Shown here: positions 44,679-52,989 of the stretch, piece by piece | Layout of the letters: the number at the start of each line of letters is the position of its first letter | Numbering within the stretch: the stretch's first letter is position 1 | Origin: Candidatus Yanofskybacteria bacterium RIFCSPHIGHO2_02_FULL_43_17 | GTDB taxonomy: Bacteria; Patescibacteriota; Minisyncoccia; 2-02-FULL-40-12; GWA2-44-9 | DNA: 53,171 nt | Reading direction: 5' to 3' | Assembly (NCBI GenBank): GCA_001794435.1 | Contig: MGJU01000014.1 | Span: 93,494-146,664, forward strand | Position numbers and translations under genes: made by a program | Notes under the pieces: generated by a model | Told to the model about the DNA's origin: nothing | The model's database searches: none | What the model saw: only the letters and a program-made list of their open reading frames with translations

Positions 44679-46799
44679 ATGGAAGTAAAAACATATAAAG
44701 AAGAATTTGCGGGAAAACCGCTTTTTATTGAATTTGGCCGCTTAGGAGGCCAAGCAAATGGCACTTGCCGTGTCCAATACGGCGAAACGACCGTTCTCAT
44801 CAACGCCACAATGTCGGCCAACACGAAGAACGTGGACTACATGCCGCTGATGGTTGACTACGAGGAGAAATATTATGCGGCCGGTAAAATAAAGGGTTCG
44901 AAATGGATCAAGCGCGAAACAAGGCCCTCGGACGAGGCGGTGCTTTCAGGCCGTTTGATAGACAGGACTATTCGCCCCCGTTTCGATAACAACATCAGAA
45001 ACGAGATGCAAGTGGTGGCAACCGTGCTCTCTTTCGACGGAGTGAACGATCCGGACATACCGGCTCTTTTTGGCGCCTCTTTGGCGCTGATGACTTCAGA
45101 CATTCCTTTTGATGGACCAGTTGCGGGCGTGAGGGTGGGCAGAATCGACGGCAAACTCATATTTAACCCAACATATAAAGAAAGAATCGAGAGCGAATTT
45201 GACGTTGTTGTTGCCGGAACCGCCAGCAGGATAAATATGATAGAGGCCGGCGCGAACATAGTTTCTGAAAAAGAAATGGCCGAAGCGATAGCGGCCGGGT
45301 TTAAAGAATTCCAGGCCTTGATTAAATTCCAGAACCAAATAGTTAAAGATCTGGCTCCGAAGAAAAAGGAGTTAATTTTGGCTAACCGCGACAAGGATCT
45401 TGCCGCAGTTGTGAGAGATTTCAGCGAGTCAAAGCTTGAGAAGGCTCTCTATGCTCCCGGAAAGAACAAGGCGGAATTCTATGAGGGAATAGGCCAGACA
45501 AAAATCGAACTGATGGAGTATTTGAAAGAGAAATACAAAGAAAGCCACGAAATGGATAAGAATCTTAATGAAGCTAGTGTTATTTTTGAAGAGGAAATAG
45601 ACAGGATAGTTCATAGGAATATTCTCGATTCGGACAAACGGCCGGACGGCAGAAAACTAGACCAGTTGAGAGAGTTAAATTCCGAGGTAGGTGTTATACC
45701 CCATACTCACGGTTCAGGCCTCTTCAACAGAGGCAACACTCAGGCATTATCAATGCTTACTCTTGCCGCACCGGGTTTTGAACAATGGGTAGAAACAATG
45801 GAGATAGATTTGACGAAGAAACGATTTATGCATCACTATGTTTTCCCGCCTTATAGTGTAGGTGAAGTCGGACGTTTGGGCGGTGGCGGGAGACGAGATA
45901 TTGGTCACGGCGCTCTGGCGGAGAGGTCTCTTAAACCGATAATTCCGGATAAAGACAACTTTCCTTACACCATACGGCTTGTTTCCGAGATATTATCTTC
46001 AAACGGCTCGTCTTCAATGGCTTCAGTTTGCGGTTCATCTCTGGCGTTGATGGATGGCGGAGTGCCAATTAAATCCCCTGCCGCCGGTATTGCGATGGGC
46101 TTAATGTTTGATGAAAAGGGTGAGAAGTACAAAATTTTGACGGACATCCAGGGGCCGGAAGATCATCACGGCGATATGGATCTGAAAGTTGCCGGTACCA
46201 GGGAAGGCGTCACCGGGATGCAGATGGACGTAAAAATCGAAGGCATAACAGTTGAGATAGTTGAAAAGGCGCTTGAGCAAGCAAAAAAAGCTCGCCTTGA
46301 AATTTTAGACGTTTTAGAAAAAACCATTGCTTCTCCGCGTTCAGAGTTATCTCCTCACGCTCCTCGGGTTGAAACAGTAAAGATAAATCCAGCCAAAATA
46401 GGGATGCTTATAGGTCCCGGAGGAAAGGTTATAAACGGCATAATTGAAGAAACTGGCGCAGAGATCGACATAGAAGATGATGGCACGGTGTTTGTTACTT
46501 CGGCTACTCCGGAAGGGATGAAAAAAGCCCTGGCCCTAATTCAAGAAGTTACATATGAACCGAAAGAGGGCGACGAGTTTGAAGGAACAGTTGTTGCGAT
46601 AAAAGACTTTGGCGCTTTTGTGGAGATAATGCCGGGCAAAGACGGCATGGTGCATATATCGGAGATGGCTGACAGAAGAATAGATAAGGTCACCGATGTT
46701 CTTAAAATGGGTCAAAAAGTCCACGTTTGGGTAAAGGCGGTGGATGATGCATCGGGCAAGATATCGCTGACAATGAAGCGTCGCTCAACCGTCAATTAA
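44679..46799 (+). CDS. pnp: Polyribonucleotide nucleotidyltransferase
   Basis: RLIDRTIRP, GHGALAERS, SNGSSSMASVC and GDMDLKVAG motifs; KH and S1 domains. Confidence 0.97.
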   Translation: MEVKTYKEEFAGKPLFIEFGRLGGQANGTCRVQYGETTVLINATMSANTKNVDYMPLMVDYEEKYYAAGKIKGSKWIKRETRPSDEAVLSGRLIDRTIRPRFDNNIRNEMQVVATVLSFDGVNDPDIPALFGASLALMTSDIPFDGPVAGVRVGRIDGKLIFNPTYKERIESEFDVVVAGTASRINMIEAGANIVSEKEMAEAIAAGFKEFQALIKFQNQIVKDLAPKKKELILANRDKDLAAVVRDFSESKLEKALYAPGKNKAEFYEGIGQTKIELMEYLKEKYKESHEMDKNLNEASVIFEEEIDRIVHRNILDSDKRPDGRKLDQLRELNSEVGVIPHTHGSGLFNRGNTQALSMLTLAAPGFEQWVETMEIDLTKKRFMHHYVFPPYSVGEVGRLGGGGRRDIGHGALAERSLKPIIPDKDNFPYTIRLVSEILSSNGSSSMASVCGSSLALMDGGVPIKSPAAGIAMGLMFDEKGEKYKILTDIQGPEDHHGDMDLKVAGTREGVTGMQMDVKIEGITVEIVEKALEQAKKARLEILDVLEKTIASPRSELSPHAPRVETVKINPAKIGMLIGPGGKVINGIIEETGAEIDIEDDGTVFVTSATPEGMKKALALIQEVTYEPKEGDEFEGTVVAIKDFGAFVEIMPGKDGMVHISEMADRRIDKVTDVLKMGQKVHVWVKAVDDASGKISLTMKRRSTVN

Positions 46800-46922
46800 T
46801 TTTTGAGCATTGAAATCCTTTAACAAATCCGTCAGTATTTGCTCATAATGCGGAGACGGACCGCATTATCTCTCAAATATCTTAGTATTTGTGCCAAAGG
46901 ATTTCAGTTGCTAAAAATTAAC
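46797..46922. repeat. Long imperfect stem-loop directly after pnp
   Basis: AATTTTTGAGCA-TTGAAATCCTTT-AACAAAT pairs with ATTTGT-GCC-AAAGGATTTCAG-TTGCTAAAAATT; inner ATAATGCGG..CCGCATTAT. Confidence 0.65.
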
Positions 46923-47085
46923 TGATGGTCTCGCGTATCCGTTTCATTCTGGGTGCTTTTCTTCTCTCCTTCTTTTCTTAAATCTCCTCTTAATCTTTTG
47001 GACAGATTTTCGTAAAAATTGGCGAATATCTAAAGCCGTGCTATCATAGGGCACAGTTTTAGTTTCTTCAAAACAAGGAGCAAAA

Positions 47086-47322
47086 ATGCTAAGACACCGA
47101 ACTTCAAGAGTAATTATTAATGGAAATCCGGGCAGCTTTCTGGATCTAGAAGAGGGAGACTTTGTCAGAGAGGGAGACCCAGAGTTCAAAGACGGTAGAT
47201 ACATTGGACGACCGCTTATCGTCACCAAGCTAACCAGCAATGAACGCCTAGCTTACGCTCAAAGAACACAACAGAATAAAGCTAATATTTTTCAACGTTT
47301 AGCTAGCAGAATATTTGGATAG
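47086..47322 (+). CDS. Small hypothetical protein
   Basis: AAGGAG SD, promoter module and downstream hairpin. Confidence 0.6.
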   Translation: MLRHRTSRVIINGNPGSFLDLEEGDFVREGDPEFKDGRYIGRPLIVTKLTSNERLAYAQRTQQNKANIFQRLASRIFG

Positions 47323-47495
47323 ACTAAGCAGTGCGACTACCTCGCACTTTTTAATTTCTCCTTTTTCCCAAGTGTTTCTGGAAGCTTAACATCTTTTTTC
47401 AGGGCAACTTCTAATGATGATTTGCCATTCAGATGTTTGAACAGTCGGATTTAATATGTTGATAGGTTGACTTACTACTTCCAACTAGTATCTTC

Positions 47496-47717
47496 GTGTT
47501 AGTTCCCAGACATAATACGGAGTATAAAATGGGCTGGACGGAGCCGAAACTTAAATTGAGAACAGCGCATGAAAGCGTAGGATGGTTAAATAGTGTCGGG
47601 CCTGTGTCAGTTAGTTCTACCTCCGAATGTGACAATCCGGAATGCGGTTGTCACGCAGCAATAAAAGAATACAGAGAACGACTTGCTGGTCATAAACTCG
47701 AGTTCAACCCCGACTGA
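47496..47717 (+). CDS. Small hypothetical protein with CDNPECGC motif
   Basis: ORF ends in a strong terminator AACCCCGAC-TGATAA-GTCGGGGTT; start uncertain. Confidence 0.4.
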   Translation: MLVPRHNTEYKMGWTEPKLKLRTAHESVGWLNSVGPVSVSSTSECDNPECGCHAAIKEYRERLAGHKLEFNPD

Positions 47718-47858
47718 TAAGTCGGGGTTTTTCTTTCCTTGTTCACAACTTGTTTTGGATGATTGTGTTAGAATGAAATCAAAATTAGCCAATAGCGAAT
47801 AGCCAATAGCGAATAGTAAAAAACTAGTCGCTAGTTGCTAATCGCTAGTCGCTTGCAA

Positions 47859-49262
47859 ATGGCTGACGATCAAAACAAAACAAGCACCATCGACGATTTG
47901 GTAAAAGAATTATCAAAAAATAATAATTCAAATCAGCCACCTCCGAACTTGCCCGGGGTTGTTGTTGATACTAAAGACACTAAACCACCGGTGCCACCTC
48001 CACCATCTGCCCCGATTAGCGGGGGCGGACCTCTTCGGCCTGAACCGCCACGACCACTGCAACCAACCTCACCTTCGTCATCCGCCCCGATTAGCGGAGG
48101 CGGACCGTCTCGACCGCAGCCGCCTTCTCCTCCTCTTTCACAGCCAGTTAAACCCCCAGTTTCTCCTATGCCAGTCAGCGGACCGAAACCCTCACCGGTT
48201 CAGGAATACAAGTCTTCAATAAGGACGATGGGTGAGGATATAGCAAGTATTAAGTCGGGACAAAAACCATCCGGCGTTGATATTCCAAGAAAAGTGACTC
48301 CCGAAGCGCCGAAACCGGTAATGCCCGGAGTTTCCAAATCGGAAGCTCCGCCAAGCGGCCCTATTTCTTTCGTCGGACTTGGAAAAACAGAAAAAACAGG
48401 ACCATTGCCGTTTCTTACTCCAGAAAAACCTCCGGGACCATTTAAGGCGCCGGAGATTCAGCCACCCATAACAGTACCTGGTGAGAAAAAAAGCATCAAC
48501 ACGACACTTTATCTGTTCATAGCCGGCGTACTAGTTGTTGGAGGATTTCTCTATTGGTTTTTGGTCTTAAGGGTTGTAGAGCCCGAAGTTGGTTTATCTC
48601 CTACCCCGACTCCTACTCAGACCGTTACTTCTACGCCTCTAGCCAAGAGTTTAGGTGATATCTTCGAGGGTGCTTCGGTTAATTTTGAAGCTACGTTAAG
48701 CGATGACTTGGGTCAGGATTTCAAAACGTTTATAGGCACGTTAAGCGTTGTTAGAAACGAGTTTTTAAAAATCAATTTGGTTGAGGATGTTGATGGCACG
48801 CTTGCCCCCTTGAGTTTTCTGGATATGCTCGATATGGACCTGACGATATACCCCACCTCTTTAAATGATAATATCGTCGATTCAATAGTTACCGTTTATG
48901 GCCAGTCGGAAATGTTCGACAAAAACGGAAGCGTTAATCTCAACACCCAAAACCTAAAAAAGACCGCATTTGTAGCAAGAATCAAGGACGTTGCCGCAGT
49001 TGAGCTAATGATAAAAGACTGGGAGCTTACTATTGCCGAAGACTTAGCCGACTATCTGTTGATTGAAGATATCTCCAAAGAAGAAAGCGTAAATTTTCTC
49101 GACAATACATACAGAAGTGCCTTGATAAGATATAAGAACTTTCCATTCCCAGATGTTACAGTTGACTATGCGGTTGTTGAAGTTGCAGAGCAAAACTACC
49201 TCATCATAACAGGCTCAAGAGAAGCAATGTACGCTACGATGGATGTTTTACTAGAACAGTAG
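47859..49262 (+). CDS. Proline-rich single-pass membrane protein
   Basis: Pro-rich N-region (SAPISGGGP twice), SSIRTMGEDI, TM helix, PTPTPT linker, C-terminal F.DNTY...IRY.NF. Confidence 0.8.
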   Translation: MADDQNKTSTIDDLVKELSKNNNSNQPPPNLPGVVVDTKDTKPPVPPPPSAPISGGGPLRPEPPRPLQPTSPSSSAPISGGGPSRPQPPSPPLSQPVKPPVSPMPVSGPKPSPVQEYKSSIRTMGEDIASIKSGQKPSGVDIPRKVTPEAPKPVMPGVSKSEAPPSGPISFVGLGKTEKTGPLPFLTPEKPPGPFKAPEIQPPITVPGEKKSINTTLYLFIAGVLVVGGFLYWFLVLRVVEPEVGLSPTPTPTQTVTSTPLAKSLGDIFEGASVNFEATLSDDLGQDFKTFIGTLSVVRNEFLKINLVEDVDGTLAPLSFLDMLDMDLTIYPTSLNDNIVDSIVTVYGQSEMFDKNGSVNLNTQNLKKTAFVARIKDVAAVELMIKDWELTIAEDLADYLLIEDISKEESVNFLDNTYRSALIRYKNFPFPDVTVDYAVVEVAEQNYLIITGSREAMYATMDVLLEQ

Positions 49263-49276
49263 TTTGTGGATATTCT

Positions 49277-49443
49277 GGTGACACCTATTTGAAATATAAA
49301 ATTGGATGTCACCATAGTAATACTAAAATCCGCTTAATACCTACAAAAAGTGGTGACAAATGTCACCTCTGCCAGTTGACGGACTGGTGACATAATTATC
49401 AACAGTTTTACCATTGACTGTCACCACTCGTGTCACGTATAAT
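49277..49443 (+). promoter_or_regulatory. Promoter with seven GGTGACA/TGTCAC boxes
   Basis: Boxes at 49277, 49307, 49352, 49361, 49386, 49419 and 49431; TTGACT(49414)-18-TATAAT(49438). Confidence 0.65.
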
Positions 49444-49636
49444 TAGACCATAGTTCTTTCGCTGGTGATTCGACAATATTTTGTGGATTGCCGGCAATCC
49501 ATTTTTGACCCTTTAGGGTCGTAAGGCGCAGAACTCACACTTCACATTTTTTCACAGGGGTGCTCTGCGCCTTTTAAGTTTTTACCCAAGAGCGAAGCCA
49601 AGTCAGACTTGGCGAAGCGATTAGATGTAAAAACTT

Positions 49637-49788
49637 AACCCCGCACCAATTTTGTCGACTGCTCTAAAATAGAATCTCGAGATAAGATTTATTTGATAAA
49701 CACTCGCAAAGCGCGGGGGCCAAATAGGCCCATCCCTTATAGGCGCAGCGCTTTGCTATCAGATAGGTTGCAAAATTGGTGCGGGGTT
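49637..49788. mobile_element. MITE-like element with perfect 18-bp terminal inverted repeats
   Basis: AACCCCGCACCAATTTTG at 49637-49654 and CAAAATTGGTGCGGGGTT at 49771-49788; internal hairpins. Confidence 0.6.
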
Positions 49789-49845
49789 GCTACAAAAATC
49801 GATATATGCTATTTCTTTAGGCACTGGTTCTTTGGAGTAAAAGAG

Positions 49846-50070
49846 ATGCAAGCACAGCCGAAGCAAGAAATTCACCATAGTGAACAAGTGTGGGTTAATC
49901 CTACCACAGAATCATTACGTCGAACCGAGTGTTTGTGCCTTAATTGCAGCAATCTTAAGCCGAGTCGGTCCGATAATTGTCATATTGCTAAAGCGTTTTA
50001 TCAAGTTTGTGTCGCAGAAAATGTTGCGCTTGCGGTGACTCGCTGTCCTCTTTGGAAGCCCAAATCGTAG
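49846..50070 (+). CDS. Small Cys-rich protein
   Basis: GGAG SD; CLCLNC...CHIA...C...RCPLW. Confidence 0.65.
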   Translation: MQAQPKQEIHHSEQVWVNPTTESLRRTECLCLNCSNLKPSRSDNCHIAKAFYQVCVAENVALAVTRCPLWKPKS

Positions 50071-50145
50071 TTCTTTGCCTGCTTTGCGGGCGTTTTTTAT
50101 TATTTTCTCTGGACTATTTTAATAGATTAGTTAATATTAATTCCT

Positions 50146-50499
50146 ATGACCACAGACGAACTACAAAAACTCGATAACGACCTCGAACAGGAAGAAAAGA
50201 ATCTAATAGATCAGCTCAATAGGATAGCCAACAAAAATCCGCTGGCTTCAGGCGATTTTACTGTAAGAACGCCCAGCTATGGCAATGAGGATGACGAGAA
50301 TGCTCAGGAAATCACTGACCTTGATAAGAATTTTGCTTTGACTCAAGAATTAGAGACAAAGCTTAACTCCATTAGGAAAACAAGACAAAAAATAAAAGAC
50401 GGTACTTATGGTAAATGTGATAATTGCGGTTCGGAGATACCGTCGGAACGGCTTAAGGCTATGCCTGAAGCCATCAGATGCATTACTTGTGCCGTTTAA
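50146..50499 (+). CDS. TraR/DksA C4 zinc-finger protein
   Basis: GTYGKCDNCGSEIPSERLKAMPEAIRCITC. Confidence 0.88.
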   Translation: MTTDELQKLDNDLEQEEKNLIDQLNRIANKNPLASGDFTVRTPSYGNEDDENAQEITDLDKNFALTQELETKLNSIRKTRQKIKDGTYGKCDNCGSEIPSERLKAMPEAIRCITCAV

Positions 50500-50538
50500 A
50501 TACCGGCCCAGAGTACGCTTGAGGGGGCGATAATTATC

Positions 50539-52092
50539 TTGCCAGTTAAAATATTTTCAGCTTCTGTTGTGGGAATAGACGCTAAACTTGTAGAGGTCGA
50601 GGTTGACTCAAGCCCCGGCCTTTTCTCTTTGAATATAGTTGGTCTGCCGGATAAATCAGTGAAAGAGTCGAAAGAAAGGATAGCCGGAGCGATAAAAAAT
50701 AGCGGACTGACTCCTCCAAGCGGAAAGCATAAGAAAATAACCATCAACTTAGCGCCTGCCGATGTCAAAAAAGAAGGGCCGTCTTACGATTTGCCCATCG
50801 CTCTCGGGTGCCTTCTTGAGAGCGGACAAATAAAGTTTAGTCCGGAAAAAAGGCTTATCGTCGGAGAAATATCTTTGGACGGCTCTCTTAGGCATTCGAG
50901 CGGGGTGTTGTCGGTGGCTATTCTGGCTAAAAAACTTGGTTTTAAGGAACTCATTGTTCCTGGCGTCAATGCCAAAGAAGCATCGGCGGTAAAAGGAATA
51001 AATGTTATAGGCGCCGCTACCTTAAATGATGTGATAAGGCATATTACCAGTCTATCCCCTATCGTCCCTTATGTTTTTAGCGAACAATTATCTGACGATG
51101 GCGGTCTCGAAAATTCAAACTCCCTTCTTTATATAAAAGGGCAGGAAAGCGCTAAAAGAGCTCTTTTTGTTGCAGCATCCGGCGGCCACAATATACTGAT
51201 GTTTGGTCCCCCGGGCTCCGGTAAAACGATATTAGCGAAAGCCTTGTCAGAAATTCTACCGCCAATGGCCCTTGAAGAATCAATAGAAGTTGCTCGAATC
51301 TACAGTTCTGCCGGGCTTATCAAGGACTCGTATCTGTCTTATAAACGGCCATTCAGGAATCCGCATCACACCACTTCGGCTGTCGCGGTTATCGGTGGAG
51401 GAACACACCCTAAGCCAGGAGAGATAAGTTTGGCTCACCGAGGAGTATTATTTTTGGACGAACTCCCGGAATTTCCCAGGAGCGTATTAGAGGCCCTAAG
51501 ACAGCCGCTGGAAGACGGAACGGTTACTGTCTCAAGAGCCGCTGGTTCTGCCACACTACCAGCCAAATTTATGCTTGTAGCGGCTATGAATCCTTGCCAA
51601 TGTGGCAACTATGGCGATGATAAGTTGAACTGCATTTGCTCCCCCATCAGCGTCATTAGGTATAGAAAGAAAATATCAGGGCCGTTGCTAGACAGGATGG
51701 ACATTCAAATAAATGTTTCGCGCGAAACACCTCAAAACGAAACTGTTCAAGAATATGACCGTAAAAAGCCGATAAATATTGAGGAAATGAGAAAGTCGAT
51801 AGATTTAGCCAGAAAAGCACAAGCACAGAGGTTTTCCAAAGAAAGTATTTATACAAATGCCGAGATTAATTTTAAAAACATAGATAAATACTGTGTTCTT
51901 GAGCCAGAAGCCGAGCTAATGCTCAAAAATGCTGTTGCCAACAAGAATCTTTCAATGAGAACCTACCATAAAGTAAAAAAGCTGGGTCGCACAATGGCAG
52001 ATCTGGATGGCTCAGAGATAGTCAGAGAGAACCATATTGCCGAAGCGCTCGCCTTTCGGGTTAATGAGAGCATATTTTCGGAGTTGGCATAG
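50539..52092 (+). CDS. comM: YifB/ComM Mg-chelatase-like AAA+ ATPase
   Basis: VGLPDKSVKES, INLAPAD, GPPGSGKT, PGEISLAHRGVLFLDELPEF and ISGPLLDRMD motifs. Confidence 0.92.
   Translation: MPVKIFSASVVGIDAKLVEVEVDSSPGLFSLNIVGLPDKSVKESKERIAGAIKNSGLTPPSGKHKKITINLAPADVKKEGPSYDLPIALGCLLESGQIKFSPEKRLIVGEISLDGSLRHSSGVLSVAILAKKLGFKELIVPGVNAKEASAVKGINVIGAATLNDVIRHITSLSPIVPYVFSEQLSDDGGLENSNSLLYIKGQESAKRALFVAASGGHNILMFGPPGSGKTILAKALSEILPPMALEESIEVARIYSSAGLIKDSYLSYKRPFRNPHHTTSAVAVIGGGTHPKPGEISLAHRGVLFLDELPEFPRSVLEALRQPLEDGTVTVSRAAGSATLPAKFMLVAAMNPCQCGNYGDDKLNCICSPISVIRYRKKISGPLLDRMDIQINVSRETPQNETVQEYDRKKPINIEEMRKSIDLARKAQAQRFSKESIYTNAEINFKNIDKYCVLEPEAELMLKNAVANKNLSMRTYHKVKKLGRTMADLDGSEIVRENHIAEALAFRVNESIFSELA
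51714..51729. promoter_or_regulatory. parS-like palindrome inside comM
   Basis: TGTTTCGCGCGAAACA. Confidence 0.65.
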
Positions 52093-52345
52093 CGTCGCTC
52101 GCCCCCATCCCCACTTATCGGCCTGTTGGTTACGTCCTTCGGATCTTCGCCAGACAAATACTAAAATTAACTATCAATTTGCTTAATAAATTTCAGCAAC
52201 CGTTTGCCTCCGACTATAGTCGGAGTTTTCCGGCTAAAATTTATTGCAAAAGCAAATTATTAGTTAATTTTAGTATTGTGTTACCTGGCGAAACCAAACG
52301 GCCTCAAGTGGGAATGGGGTCTCGCTCCTGGGCGTACTTTTCTAA

Positions 52346-52361
52346 TGTTCCGCGCGGAACA
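52346..52361. promoter_or_regulatory. parS-like palindrome
   Basis: TGTTCCGCGCGGAACA. Confidence 0.65.
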
Positions 52362-52373
52362 AAAAAGCGCTAA

Positions 52374-52529
52374 TTAGCGCTTTTCACGTTCTAACAAGTG
52401 TTTCTTCAAATCTGCTTCGCTGGCTCTTAAGGCATAACTTTTCTTCCAATCAGGCCACCTAGCAACTCTTTTGCTTGCTTCTTCAAGAGTCTCTTTAAAT
52501 CGGCTTGGGGCAGATTTTGACTCGGTCAT
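52374..52529 (-). CDS. Small protein, 51 aa, not in the ORF track
   Basis: MTESKSAPSRFKETLEEASKRVARWPDWKKSYALRASEADLKKHLLEREKR*; TTGACA-17-TAGATT promoter; stop lies within the hairpin AAAAGCGCTAATTAGCGCTTTT. Confidence 0.55.
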   Translation of the reverse strand: MTESKSAPSRFKETLEEASKRVARWPDWKKSYALRASEADLKKHLLEREKR

Positions 52530-52668
52530 CTTGTCGCTTTTTATAAAAAACCTACTTAAATCTAATAAATTAGAATAGTGGTGTCAATTTGTTCCGCGCG
52601 AAGCTTGCTTAAATATCATTATTTTTGTACTGTTTTTAACAGTTCTTACCTGAAAGGTGGAAACTTAG

Positions 52669-52962
52669 TTGACACCAGAAAAAATCATTTCCGTTGTAAA
52701 TATGTATGAAAGACGGCTACGGGCTGCTGGTGTTCTCAAAAAAAGAATTGATCCCAAGAGAACTTTCGCGTCTCTTAGCAAAGATGAAATCTTGGCACAC
52801 GCATATTTCTTAACTGATGACTTGAAAGAATTTGTATCAAACCCAGAAAAGAAACGTAAAACAGGGAGCCATTTAACAGTAATTCAGATGTGTTTGAGTT
52901 TTGCCGGTTGGTATACGCTTGAAGATCTAATGAATCACAATCGTCCAGATGCCGTCAGCTAA
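52669..52962 (+). CDS. Hypothetical protein
   Basis: AAAGGTGG SD; LAHA...HLTVIQMCL...YTLEDLMNHNRP. Confidence 0.65.
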   Translation: MTPEKIISVVNMYERRLRAAGVLKKRIDPKRTFASLSKDEILAHAYFLTDDLKEFVSNPEKKRKTGSHLTVIQMCLSFAGWYTLEDLMNHNRPDAVS

Positions 52963-52973
52963 AGACGGCCTTT

Positions 52974-52989
52974 TGTTCCGCGCGGAACA
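52974..52989. promoter_or_regulatory. parS-like palindrome
   Basis: TGTTCCGCGCGGAACA; a degenerate fourth copy TGTTCCGCGCGAAGCT is at 52590-52605. Confidence 0.65.

Noticed and set aside
3354-46724. Many antisense or overlapping track ORFs inside pcrA, the Clp ATPase, metK, ligA, pilB, pilM, infB, xer and pnp
   Set aside because: They are codon-bias shadows of confident genes with no independent motifs
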